From Deltaproteobacteria bacterium (lineage in GTDB: Bacteria; Desulfobacterota; Desulfovibrionia; Desulfovibrionales; Desulfomicrobiaceae), in NCBI GenBank assembly GCA_009930495.1, contig RZYB01000001.1, forward strand, positions 4,124 through 68,123: DNA of 64,000 nucleotides. The letters run 5' to 3'. The notes below the pieces were generated by a model. That model ran no database searches. It saw only the letters and a list, made by a program, of their open reading frames with translations, and was not told the origin of the DNA. Shown in pieces: positions 36,279 through 45,522 of the stretch (positions are counted from its first letter, which is position 1; every line of letters begins with the position of its first letter). The translations under genes and the position numbers were made by a program.

Positions 36279-38436
36279 AATTTTTCGCACATTTGCCCTG
36301 GCTGGCAACCCCAACGCGGGCAAGACCACCCTTTTCAACGCCCTGACCGGCTCCCGGCAACACGTTGGCAATTATCCGGGTATCACCGTCGAACAAAAAG
36401 AGGGCTTCGTGGATACGCGCCATGGCACGGTCCGTGTCGTGGATCTTCCCGGAACCTATTCCCTGACCGCCTATTCCGAGGAAGAATTGGTGGCTCGCAA
36501 CATGCTCATCCAGGAGCGGCCAGCCGGAGTCATCAACGTCCTCGACGCCACCAGCCTTGAGCGCAATCTGTACCTGACCGTCCAGTTTCTGGAGCTGGGC
36601 ATTCCCGTCACGATCGTGCTGAACATGGTCGATGCCCTGGCCGACAAGGGGATCAGCATCGATACCTCCCGTCTGTCCGAGCTCATGCGGCTGCCCGTGG
36701 TCGAGACCGTGGCCCGTACCGGCCAGGGGGTCCGCGAGGCCCTGGACGCGGCCCTGACCCACGAACAGAAGGAATGGATCCCGCTGCACATCTCCTATGG
36801 CCCGGATCTGGATCCGGTCATCCAGAAAATAACCCAGTTGATCGAAGCTCGGGATTTTCATCCCCAGGACTGTCCCGCGCGCTGGCTGGCCATTAAATTT
36901 CTCGAAAACGACACTGTCATCCGCCAACTCTTCGAACAAGATCATGACCTGCACCGCCAGGTCCGCGACATGGCCGACGAAGTCGCCAAGCACTGCGACA
37001 AAACCCTCAATACCCAACCTGAATTTTTGATCGCGGATTATCGCTACGGCTATATTTCTTCCATTCTGCGCCAGGGCGTGCTGACCATCCTGCCGGACCT
37101 CTACAACCGCGCCAATGTTTCGGATAAAATCGACGCGGTCCTGACCCACCGTCTGGCCGGCCCCATGATCATGCTCGGTATTCTGTATGGCCTGTTCAGT
37201 TTCACCTTCGCCGTGGGAGAGGTTCCCATGGGCTGGATGGAGATGTTTTTTTCCTGGCTCGCGGAAACAGTCACGGCCCTTTTGCCCGAGGGGCTGTTTA
37301 GATCCATGATCGTGGACGGTGTCATCGCCGGAGTCGGCGGCATTTTGGGCTTTGTCCCGCTGATCCTGATCATGTTCATGGGCATCACCTTTCTGGAAGA
37401 TTCGGGCTACATGGCGCGCATGGCCTATATGCTGGACCGTGTCTTCCGTGTGTTTGGCCTGCATGGCAGCTCCGTCGTGCCGTTCATCATTTCCGGCGGC
37501 ATTCCTGGCGGCTGCGCCGTCCCCGGGGTCATGGCCGCGCGGACGTTGCGCAGTCCCAAGGAAAAATTGGCGACCATCCTCACCGCGCCCTTCATGGCCT
37601 GTGGCGCCAAGGTGCCGGTTTTTATCCTGCTCGCGGCGGCCTTTTTCCCGAATCATGGCGCCTCGGTCATGTTTCTGATCACCCTGGCGGGCTGGGCTTC
37701 GGCCCTGGTCGTGGCCCGCTTCCTCAGATCCACGATCATTCGTGGCCCCTCGACCCCGTTTGTGATGGAACTTCCTCCGTACCGTGTCCCCACCTTGGCG
37801 GGAATGATTCTGCACACCTGGGAACGCGGCTGGCAGTACATCAAAAAGGCGGGCACGGTGATCTTGGCTATTTCCATCCTGATTTGGGCCATGATGACCT
37901 TTCCCACCCTGCCCGACGCCATGAAATTCGAAGCTGAAAAACGCATCGAGACCCTGAATGCCCAACTCCAGGCCGCGACCAACCGGGCGGAAGCCGACAC
38001 CCTGGCGGCCCAAATCCGCGATCTGGATTCAAGCATCAAGGAGCAAGAGCTCACCTACTCCCTGGCGGGCCGGATTGGACAAGCCATTGAGCCCGTGACC
38101 ATGTGGGCCGGTTTCAGCTGGCGGACCAACATCGCCCTCTTGGGCGGAGTTGCCGCCAAGGAAGTCATCATCACCACCCTGGCCACGGCCTACGCCATGA
38201 GCGACGCCGAAGGACAGAGCTTTTCCCGACGCATGGCCACGGCTCCGGGTTGGAATCGGGCCATGGCGGTCAGTCTGATGCTGTTCGTCCTGCTCTATTC
38301 TCCCTGCTTCGTGACCGTCATCGCCATCGCCCAGGAATCCTCCTGGGGGTGGGCCGTGTTCAGTGTGTTTTTCAATACCGCCTTTGCCTTCGGCCTGGCC
38401 ACGGCGGTCTATCAAGTGGGCATGAGCCTGGGGTAG
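36271..38436 (+). CDS. feoB: ferrous iron transporter FeoB
   Basis: N-terminal G domain (LAGNPNAGKTTLFNALTG, DLPGTYSL), then a polytopic membrane domain. TTG start overlapping feoA by 8 nt. Confidence 0.95.
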   Translation: MAKIFRTFALAGNPNAGKTTLFNALTGSRQHVGNYPGITVEQKEGFVDTRHGTVRVVDLPGTYSLTAYSEEELVARNMLIQERPAGVINVLDATSLERNLYLTVQFLELGIPVTIVLNMVDALADKGISIDTSRLSELMRLPVVETVARTGQGVREALDAALTHEQKEWIPLHISYGPDLDPVIQKITQLIEARDFHPQDCPARWLAIKFLENDTVIRQLFEQDHDLHRQVRDMADEVAKHCDKTLNTQPEFLIADYRYGYISSILRQGVLTILPDLYNRANVSDKIDAVLTHRLAGPMIMLGILYGLFSFTFAVGEVPMGWMEMFFSWLAETVTALLPEGLFRSMIVDGVIAGVGGILGFVPLILIMFMGITFLEDSGYMARMAYMLDRVFRVFGLHGSSVVPFIISGGIPGGCAVPGVMAARTLRSPKEKLATILTAPFMACGAKVPVFILLAAAFFPNHGASVMFLITLAGWASALVVARFLRSTIIRGPSTPFVMELPPYRVPTLAGMILHTWERGWQYIKKAGTVILAISILIWAMMTFPTLPDAMKFEAEKRIETLNAQLQAATNRAEADTLAAQIRDLDSSIKEQELTYSLAGRIGQAIEPVTMWAGFSWRTNIALLGGVAAKEVIITTLATAYAMSDAEGQSFSRRMATAPGWNRAMAVSLMLFVLLYSPCFVTVIAIAQESSWGWAVFSVFFNTAFAFGLATAVYQVGMSLG

Positions 38437-38437
38437 C

Positions 38438-38695
38438 ATGTTTTTCTGCAAGCACATTCCCGTGCCCGCTCACGGGCAGCGTACGTTGTGCGATCTGCGG
38501 GTGGGAGAAAAGGCCGTTGTCCGCCGCCTGAATAAAACCGAGGGATGCCATATCGGCAAGCTCACGGCCATGGGAATCACGCCAGGGACGGAAATCGAAA
38601 TGCTGGCCAACGGACGTGGTCCGCTTTTGGTCATGGTTCGGTCCTCCCGCCTCTGTTTGTGCCGAAATCTGGCGCAGTCCGTCATCATCGAATGA
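38438..38695 (+). CDS. second FeoA-family protein
   Basis: 85 aa. Sequence LCDLRVGEKAVVRRL...KLTAMGITPGTEIEMLANGRGPLLV. Starts 1 nt after the feoB stop. Confidence 0.8.
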   Translation: MFFCKHIPVPAHGQRTLCDLRVGEKAVVRRLNKTEGCHIGKLTAMGITPGTEIEMLANGRGPLLVMVRSSRLCLCRNLAQSVIIE

Positions 38696-39372
38696 TCTCG
38701 GTCATTATCCCCGTCTATCACGAAGCCGCCCGGATCAATCATCTGCTCGCGTCCCTGCCACCCCGCCGGGACATGGAGGTTCTTGTCGTCGACGGCGCTC
38801 CGGAGCGCGACACCCTGGAGGCTCTGGAATTCCCCCATGTCCACCGTGTCGCGTCATCTCCCGGGCGCGGGACACAGCTCAATCAGGGCGCGGCCAGGGC
38901 AACGGGAGATATCTTTCTTTTTCTCCATGCCGACACGCGGTTGCCTCCCCGCGCCCTGGACCTGATCCAACGCGCCTTACGCGATCCCCGTATCAGCGGC
39001 GGCGCCTTCGGTCTGCGCTATAACTCCTCCCGTCCGGGGTCGAGCCTTATCGCCTGCCTGGCCAATATCCGCACGGCGTGGACCCGCGTGCCCTATGGTG
39101 ACCAGGCGATTTTCATGCGGGCCAAGGTGTTTCGATCCCTGGGAGGGTTCGCGGATATTCCGATCATGGAGGATCTGGAATTGATGACCCGTCTGCGTCG
39201 GTCTGGCCACGGCATCCAAATTTTGCCATCGTCAGTTCTGACATCACCCAGACGCCACGACCTGGAAGGCTTGGCGCGGTGCACGGCTCGCAATTTGGCG
39301 TTGCGCCTCCTCTATCATCTGGGCCTGTCTCCCCACCGTTTGGCCAGCATCTACCGACCGCACCGGGACTAG
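38692..39372 (+). CDS. family-2 glycosyltransferase, TIGR04283-like
   Basis: 226 aa. GT2 start ISVIIPVYHEAARI. Sequence YGDQAIFMRAKVFRSLGGFADIPIMEDLEL resembles, from memory, the TIGR04283 'rSAM/selenodomain-associated transferase 2' family. ATGA overlap with the preceding gene. Confidence 0.75.
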   Translation: MISVIIPVYHEAARINHLLASLPPRRDMEVLVVDGAPERDTLEALEFPHVHRVASSPGRGTQLNQGAARATGDIFLFLHADTRLPPRALDLIQRALRDPRISGGAFGLRYNSSRPGSSLIACLANIRTAWTRVPYGDQAIFMRAKVFRSLGGFADIPIMEDLELMTRLRRSGHGIQILPSSVLTSPRRHDLEGLARCTARNLALRLLYHLGLSPHRLASIYRPHRD

Positions 39373-39373
39373 G

Positions 39374-40045
39374 ATGCACGTCCTGCTCTTCATCAAATAT
39401 CCGTGCCCGGGGCAGGTCAAGACCAGACTGGCCAAGGATATCGGCGACGAGCACGCCCGTGGCTTGTATCGGGCGTTTGTCCGCGATGAATTGGAAACCA
39501 TCCGCCGCGCCGGGCTGGAAGTCACTCTGTGCTGCGCGCCCAACGCGACCTTGTCGGCCTATCGGACGTGGCTTGGCCCACAGGGGAACTATACAACGCA
39601 ACACGGCGCGGATTTGGGAGAACGCATGGCCAATGCCCTGGCCGCGACACTGGCCCTGACCTCGCCCGCCGTGCTCATTGGCGGCGATGTGCCGGATCTT
39701 CCGGTCGAGTCCCTCGTGGCGGCCCAAAACGCCTTGAACACCGAGGATATCTGCCTTGGGCCCAGTCAGGATGGCGGTTTTTATCTCCTCGGGGTGCGTG
39801 CCCCTCAACCTTTGTCGCGCATCTTTGCCAACGTTTGCTGGGGCACAAGCCAGGTCTTGGAGCGAACCCTGGACAACTGCCGGGCCCTGGGTATTTGTCC
39901 CCGCCTTGTTCCAACCTGGTCCGACGTGGATACGCTCGCGGATCTGGGCGCGTTTCTGCGTCGTGGAGTCAAAACCTGTGACGCGACAATGGCCTATGTG
40001 CGCGCTCACAATCTGGAACCACTGTCGGCGGCAACGCCTCGGTAA
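39374..40045 (+). CDS. DUF2064 / TIGR04282-like nucleotidyl/glycosyl-transferase
   Basis: 223 aa. N-terminal FIKYPCPGQVKTRLA is the DUF2064 hallmark (G-x-V-K-T-R-L). Starts 1 nt after the GT2 stop. Confidence 0.75.
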   Translation: MHVLLFIKYPCPGQVKTRLAKDIGDEHARGLYRAFVRDELETIRRAGLEVTLCCAPNATLSAYRTWLGPQGNYTTQHGADLGERMANALAATLALTSPAVLIGGDVPDLPVESLVAAQNALNTEDICLGPSQDGGFYLLGVRAPQPLSRIFANVCWGTSQVLERTLDNCRALGICPRLVPTWSDVDTLADLGAFLRRGVKTCDATMAYVRAHNLEPLSAATPR

Positions 40046-40078
40046 CCATCTCGACGGAACAAAATTTCAAGGAACTTC

Positions 40079-40420
40079 ATGAGTAACGACGTTCGACCGG
40101 TTTATTCCACGGAACACGGCTCCCTGTGCCCCGGATGTGGCAAAAATCCATGCGCGTGCCGCCCGGCGCCCTTGGTCCAGAAAGGACCGGTTCGCGTCGG
40201 GCGCGAAACAAAGGGTCGCAAGGGCGCTGGCGTGACCGTGGTTTCCGGTCTCGCCCTGCCTGAAGCGGAGCTCAAAAACCTGCTGGCGCGTTGGAAAAAA
40301 CGCTTGGGCTGCGGTGGAACCTGTCGCGACGGGATGCTTGAATTCCAGGGAGAACACCGCGACGCCCTCATGGCCGAGCTGAAGGCCATGGGCATCGCGG
40401 CCAAAAAATCGGGTGGTTGA
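40079..40420 (+). CDS. yciH: SUI1-family translation initiation factor
   Basis: 113 aa. N-terminal CPGCGKNPCAC, then VRVGRETKGRKGAGVTVVSGL...GGTCRDGMLEFQGEHRD. Confidence 0.9.
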   Translation: MSNDVRPVYSTEHGSLCPGCGKNPCACRPAPLVQKGPVRVGRETKGRKGAGVTVVSGLALPEAELKNLLARWKKRLGCGGTCRDGMLEFQGEHRDALMAELKAMGIAAKKSGG

Positions 40421-40756
40421 TTACTGTTCGACCAAATGCAAACGGTGAGGCAGGCCGTGCTCAAAGGCCACGCCCAGTTGATAGGGAAAGCCAATGTCGC
40501 TCGGGATGGTTTGGGACCAACGAACAATCCCGGTCAGGGTGTCGGCGAATTCAAACAACAGGGCGTCATATTCCTGATCCAAAATGATGGTCACCCGCTG
40601 ATTGGGGGCGAACCCCTCCTCGGACGTCACCATGACGCCGCCCTGGCTTAAATTCACAATAAACCCCCGCGACGGGTCCCGCGCATCCTCGACAGCCCCG
40701 ATCAGGCAGGGCACGGCGACACCTTCTCGACTCCATTGGCGTTTGTCGGTGGTCAT
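40421..40756 (-). CDS. stand-alone PilZ domain protein
   Basis: 111 aa. RxxxR (RQWSR) and NxSxxG (NLSQGG) motifs. Confidence 0.8.
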   Translation of the reverse strand: MTTDKRQWSREGVAVPCLIGAVEDARDPSRGFIVNLSQGGVMVTSEEGFAPNQRVTIILDQEYDALLFEFADTLTGIVRWSQTIPSDIGFPYQLGVAFEHGLPHRLHLVEQ

Positions 40757-41631
40757 GATTTCTCCTGGGAAAAACTGTCGGTCGCATTTTTCGGGTCATC
40801 CGTCGCGGGCGGCTTTTCCAGACTGATGCGTCCGATTTGTCCAGCCCGCAATTCATTCAGCAAAATCCCCGCTGCTTTGTCCATATCCACGTCCCCGCCC
40901 TTGACCAGGCACCCCCGCTTTTTTCCCACGGCGGCCACCAAGAGGCTCCCGTTTTCCGGTAGGTCGGACAGTTTGTACCGAACCTGAAGCAGGGTCGGAT
41001 AGTGCCGGAGCAGATAGTCCCCAACCCGGGCCGCGACCTCCGCGTTATCCATGGCTGTTTCGCGCACGGCGCCGCTCCCGGCAAGCATGAACGAGGCCTC
41101 TTCGTCCTCGATCTTGGGCCAGAGCACGCCGGGAGTGTCGTAAAGGGTGATCTCGTCGTTCAAGTGCACCCGTTTCTGCTTGGTGGTGATGGCGGCCTGA
41201 TTGGCGGCCCGGGCGACCTTGCGTCCGACCAAGGCGTTCATGAGCGTGGACTTGCCCACATTGGGGATTCCAAGAATCAGGCAGTTCAGAGGTTGCATGA
41301 TCAGGTTCCGCTTGGGCCCGATCTTGGGCAGCAGGGCAATGACGCGGCGCGTGTCCTTGGGATTGGTGGCCACTATTTCCAGGGGCACGATACCGTCTTC
41401 GCGCCGGAAAAAATTCTTCCAGGCCAGGGTCACGTCCGGATCGGCCAGGTCGCTTTTGTTGAGGAGCTTCAAACACGGTCGATCCCCACGCAATTCCCGC
41501 AACATCGGGTTTTCGCTGTACCCGGGCAGACGGGCGTCCAGGACTTCGATGACGATATCGACCTTGGCCATGACCGTGGCGATTTGCTTGCGGGCCCGGT
41601 GCATGTGTCCGGGGAACCATTGGATGGACAT
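40753..41631 (-). CDS. ylqF: ribosome biogenesis GTPase YlqF/RbgA
   Basis: Circularly permuted G motifs: LLNKSDL (G4), GIPNVGKSTLMN (G1), YDTPGVLWP (G3). Confidence 0.92.
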   Translation of the reverse strand: MSIQWFPGHMHRARKQIATVMAKVDIVIEVLDARLPGYSENPMLRELRGDRPCLKLLNKSDLADPDVTLAWKNFFRREDGIVPLEIVATNPKDTRRVIALLPKIGPKRNLIMQPLNCLILGIPNVGKSTLMNALVGRKVARAANQAAITTKQKRVHLNDEITLYDTPGVLWPKIEDEEASFMLAGSGAVRETAMDNAEVAARVGDYLLRHYPTLLQVRYKLSDLPENGSLLVAAVGKKRGCLVKGGDVDMDKAAGILLNELRAGQIGRISLEKPPATDDPKNATDSFSQEKS

Positions 41632-43722
41632 CTAGGCGTCCTTGTCCGGTGCTAAAAGCCCTTCCTGACGAAGCAGGGCCGTGGGATCGGGCTCGCGACC
41701 GCGAAAAAGACGAAAAATTTCCATCGGCGGACGGCTGCCGCCCAAGGAGAGGACGGTGTCCCGAAAGCGACGTCCCCAGAAGCGACGGGCGGATTCATTC
41801 TCGATTCCGGCCTCGGTGAAGGCGCTGAACGCGTCGGCGCTCAGGACCTCGGCCCATTTATAACTGTAATACCCAGCCGCGTATCCGCCATCGAAAATAT
41901 GCGCGAACGAGCACAGAAAGCGGTCCTCCGGCACGGGCGGCAAGGGCTGGATTTGACGGGCGATGTCGTGATCGATTTCGATGGGATCGAGGCTTTCTGG
42001 ATCCGGCGCGGTGTGCAGGGCGAGATCTGTCTTGGCCAGGGCGATCTGACGCAAGGCCGAGGACCCGGCCCGAAAGGTTCGAGCACCAAGAAGCGTGTCC
42101 AGCATCGACTCGGGCATGGACTCGCCGGTTTGATAATGCCGGGCGAGACTGGCGAGGATTTCACGTTGATAGCACCAATTTTCCATGAATTGGCTGGGCA
42201 GTTCCACCGCGTCCCAGTCGACATGGTTGATGCCCGCGACAAATCCATGTTTCACCGTGGTCAGCATATGTTGCAGCGCGTGCCCGAACTCATGGAAAAG
42301 CGTCGTCACTTCCTGAAAACTCATGAGCGACGGCGCGTCATCCAAGGGCGGCCGTTGATTGCAATTGATATAGGCAATGGGCCGGCGCCGGTCTTGCCCC
42401 GCCGGGGCGCAGGCCACGCTGCTGGATGTCAATTCATCCATCCAGGCTCCACCACGTTTTTCCTCGGGGCGGGCATACGGGTCCAGATAGAATCCGGCCA
42501 CGGCCTGCTTGTCCGCGTCCAGCACTTCAAAATACCGGACATCGGGACGCCAGACCGGTTGCTCCGCCGGTTCGATGACAACCCCGAACACATCGCGCGC
42601 CAGGGCAAAAAGCCCCCCCAGAATGGCTGGAAGCGGGAAAAATGGCCGGACCTGTTCGTCATGCAGGCCGAAGCGTTCCTCTTTCAGGCGTTCCGCCCAA
42701 AACAAAACATCCCAGGGCTGGATGTCCTCGGCTTGTCCACGCGATCTCGCCAATTCCCCCAGCTCGATCAGGTCGTTCAGGGCATAGTCCGTGGCCGCGT
42801 CCCGGATTCGGTCCAGGAGACCCTCGATGCTGGCCACGCTGGGGGCCATTTTCCGGACCAGGCTCATGGCCGCGAAATGCTCGAATCCGAGCAATGCGGC
42901 CAGTTCACGGCGCAACACCAGAATACGGCGGATGAGCGGCAGATTGTTTGGCGCGCCGTGCGAAGCCCTGGTGACGTAGGCCTTGTACACCGTTTCGCGG
43001 AGGTCGCGGCGGTTGGCGTGGTGCATGAAGGACAAGTACGAAGGAGCATCCAGGGTGATCGTCCACGGACCGTTTTCGGCCGTTGCTTCGGGATTTCCAC
43101 GGGCCACGGACATGGCGGCCGCCAGACGTCGCGATTCCTCGGGAAGGCCATCCACTTCGGATCGATCACGCAGGGTCAGGGCAAAGGCCTGGGTGCTGTC
43201 CAGGACATTGTTGGTGAAACGCGTTCCCAGCTCGGCCAGTTCCTGACTGATCTGATTGAATCGGGCCCGTTGATCCCCGTCCAGGCCCACGCCCTTCAGT
43301 TCGGCGTCACGCAGGAGGACCAGGATGGTCCGTTGCAAGGCCCGGCTATATCCGGGGAAATCATCACCGAAGCGCAGGGCCCGAAGGGCCTCGAAAATTG
43401 GACGGCTCTGCCCCAGACGATTGGCGAAGGCGATCACCTCGGGTTGCATCTGGGCATGGACAGCGCGCAATGCCGGGCTATTCATGACATTGTGCAGATG
43501 CGAGACCAAACCCCAGGCCCGAAAAACCCGGTCCGAAAGACGCTCCAGCGGCACCAAAAGTCCATGCCATGTCCGTGGCGGAGCCTCCTCCAGGGCCTTG
43601 AGCTCCTGGAGGCTGACCGACAGGGCCGCGCGCATGGCGGGGAGAACATGGTCCGGGGTGATCGCGGAAAAATCAGGATGGGTTTCCCAGTCGAGAATGG
43701 GATTGTTGCTTGGCATGGACAT
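41632..43722 (-). CDS. prlC: M3-family oligopeptidase A
   Basis: 696 aa from ATG 43722. Zinc motif TLFHEFGHALQ and M3 C-terminal pattern. Its stop abuts the ylqF start. Confidence 0.92.
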   Translation of the reverse strand: MSMPSNNPILDWETHPDFSAITPDHVLPAMRAALSVSLQELKALEEAPPRTWHGLLVPLERLSDRVFRAWGLVSHLHNVMNSPALRAVHAQMQPEVIAFANRLGQSRPIFEALRALRFGDDFPGYSRALQRTILVLLRDAELKGVGLDGDQRARFNQISQELAELGTRFTNNVLDSTQAFALTLRDRSEVDGLPEESRRLAAAMSVARGNPEATAENGPWTITLDAPSYLSFMHHANRRDLRETVYKAYVTRASHGAPNNLPLIRRILVLRRELAALLGFEHFAAMSLVRKMAPSVASIEGLLDRIRDAATDYALNDLIELGELARSRGQAEDIQPWDVLFWAERLKEERFGLHDEQVRPFFPLPAILGGLFALARDVFGVVIEPAEQPVWRPDVRYFEVLDADKQAVAGFYLDPYARPEEKRGGAWMDELTSSSVACAPAGQDRRRPIAYINCNQRPPLDDAPSLMSFQEVTTLFHEFGHALQHMLTTVKHGFVAGINHVDWDAVELPSQFMENWCYQREILASLARHYQTGESMPESMLDTLLGARTFRAGSSALRQIALAKTDLALHTAPDPESLDPIEIDHDIARQIQPLPPVPEDRFLCSFAHIFDGGYAAGYYSYKWAEVLSADAFSAFTEAGIENESARRFWGRRFRDTVLSLGGSRPPMEIFRLFRGREPDPTALLRQEGLLAPDKDA

Positions 43723-43793
43723 GATGATCCTTGAAAAAATGAATGCCTTCCCGAAGTTGAAAGCAGGGCGGGCAGGCACATGGGGCGCGGAAG

Positions 43794-43816
43794 AAAAAGC
43801 CCGGTTACCCGGGCTT
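43794..43816 (-). terminator. intrinsic terminator (minus strand) after the coiled-coil membrane protein gene
   Basis: On the minus strand: AAGCCCGG-GTAA-CCGGGCTT followed by TTTTT, 5 nt after the stop at 43821. Confidence 0.75.
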
Positions 43817-43820
43817 CGCA

Positions 43821-44432
43821 TTATTTGGTGTTCAGTTCCGTTTGCACTTGCTGGATGAGCTCCTTGGCCTTCATGAGTTTGTCCTTTTGCTCGTCGGATT
43901 CCAGCTGGGTGGACATATACGACGTTTTTTGGGTCATTTCCTGCAGAATGGAACTCATCAGGGCGGCCCTGGTCTTGGCGGGCAGGGTTTCGAGATCCGC
44001 CACCTTGGACTCCATGGTCCCGATCTTGGTGTCCAGGCTGGAGACGGTTGTCTTGATCAGGCTCAGGTCCTGAACCTGCTGGGTCAGTTCCTTGATGCTC
44101 TGGTTGAGATGGAAATAAAAACCGAGCAGAAGGATCACGGCCGCCAGCGAAGCGAAAAGAGCCATCTTGCTCATGTCCTTGCGCGTGTGGTCCGGAACCG
44201 CCGCGTGCGGGGCTTCAGGCTCCGCGTTATTGGCTAAATCCTCCACGCCCGCGTCCGAAACGGTGGCTTGCAGCGCGGCTTCGACCTGTTCGTCCGTCAT
44301 CCGTTCGGACCAGGTCAGACTCTTGGCCAATTCCGCCAGATCAATGACAGGAGCTGGTTTCTTGACGACTTCGGTCAGGTCCGCTTTTTTCGTCTTCCGT
44401 TCCAACTGCACGATTTTTTTGGCTGCACCCAT
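43821..44432 (-). CDS. hypothetical single-pass membrane protein with extracytoplasmic coiled coil
   Basis: 203 aa. Charged N-terminal region, one TM (MALFASLAAVILLLGFYF) and a heptad-rich C-terminal half. No family recognised. Confidence 0.6.
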   Translation of the reverse strand: MGAAKKIVQLERKTKKADLTEVVKKPAPVIDLAELAKSLTWSERMTDEQVEAALQATVSDAGVEDLANNAEPEAPHAAVPDHTRKDMSKMALFASLAAVILLLGFYFHLNQSIKELTQQVQDLSLIKTTVSSLDTKIGTMESKVADLETLPAKTRAALMSSILQEMTQKTSYMSTQLESDEQKDKLMKAKELIQQVQTELNTK

Positions 44433-44502
44433 GCATGTCCTCCATCTTCAAGTTGAGTGGGTCATCCCTACACAAAGAAGGGGTCAAAGACCAGCCCGGA
44501 TT

Positions 44503-45513
44503 TTACCGCAGAGGCGTGATGCCGACAGCCTGCCGGATACTGGCAAGAAAGGGAGCGCTGTGCTCGCGCGCTTTTGCCGCGCCCTGCTTGAGCACGGATT
44601 CGATGTATGTCGGGTTTTGGATAAGGTCGTTGTATTTTTCCCTGGCTTCGCCGATTTGGGCATTGACGACCTCGAACAGCTCCTGCTTGACATGACCCCA
44701 GCCGATTCCCTCGGCGAATTTCCGGCGCATCTCGGCCACCTGGGCCGGCGTGGCAAAGGCCCGGTACATGTCGAACAGGGCACAGCCCTCGGTTTCCTTG
44801 GGTTCTTCCGGGGCCTGGGAATTGGTCACGATTTTCATGATCTGTTTGCGCAAAGCCTTTTCCGGCAGAAAAAGAGGAATGTAATTGTTGTAACTTTTAC
44901 TCATCTTGCGCCCGTCCAACCCGGTCAACACGGCCGTGGATTCGTCCACCCTGGCCTCGGGCATGACAAAGTGCTCCCCGAAGTGATGGTTGAACCGTTG
45001 GGCGATGTCCCGGGTCATTTCCAAATGCTGGATTTGGTCCCGGCCCACGGGCACGACGTTGGCGTTGAACATCAGAATATCGGCGGCCATGAGGATTGGA
45101 TAGGAATACAGGCCCATGGTGATGCCCTTGTCCGGATCGGCGCTTTTTTCCTCTTCGTTGGCCTGGACCGCGGCCTTGTAGGCGTGGGCGCGGTTCATGA
45201 GGCCCTTGGCCGTCATGCAGGTCAAAATCCAGGTCAGTTCGGTGATTTCGGGAATGTCGGACTGGCGATAAAAAGTGCTCTTATCCGTGTCCAGGCCCAG
45301 GGCCAGCCAGGTGGCGGCCACTTCCAGGGTTGACTGATGAACCTTGGCCGGTTCGTGGCATTTGATCAGGGCGTGAAAATCCGCCAAAAAATAATAGGAA
45401 TTGACGTTAACATCACGGCTGGCCTCGATGGCCGGCCGGATGGCGCCGACATAATTGCCCAGGTGCGGGGTGCCGGTGGTGGTGATCCCGGTCAGAACGG
45501 TCATTTTTTTCAT
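44503..45513 (-). CDS. trpS: tryptophan--tRNA ligase
   Basis: HIGH-type motif TGTPHLGNY and the KMSKS motif. 336 aa. Confidence 0.96.
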   Translation of the reverse strand: MKKMTVLTGITTTGTPHLGNYVGAIRPAIEASRDVNVNSYYFLADFHALIKCHEPAKVHQSTLEVAATWLALGLDTDKSTFYRQSDIPEITELTWILTCMTAKGLMNRAHAYKAAVQANEEEKSADPDKGITMGLYSYPILMAADILMFNANVVPVGRDQIQHLEMTRDIAQRFNHHFGEHFVMPEARVDESTAVLTGLDGRKMSKSYNNYIPLFLPEKALRKQIMKIVTNSQAPEEPKETEGCALFDMYRAFATPAQVAEMRRKFAEGIGWGHVKQELFEVVNAQIGEAREKYNDLIQNPTYIESVLKQGAAKAREHSAPFLASIRQAVGITPLR

Positions 45514-45522
45514 GGCGCGAAC

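Noticed and set aside
41899-43734. 611-aa plus-strand ORF antisense to prlC. Similar long antisense ORFs lie at 3376-4365, 5287-6291, 16988-18352, 22807-23601, 23707-24885, 33584-34993, 36241-38013, 44167-45333, 46779-47849, 48441-49733, 49768-51012, 59213-60145, 60338-61396 and 62134-62931.
   Set aside because: Each one mirrors a confidently identified gene on the other strand. They have no RBS or family motifs and have Gly/Arg/His/Asp-rich compositions. They are GC-driven shadow ORFs.
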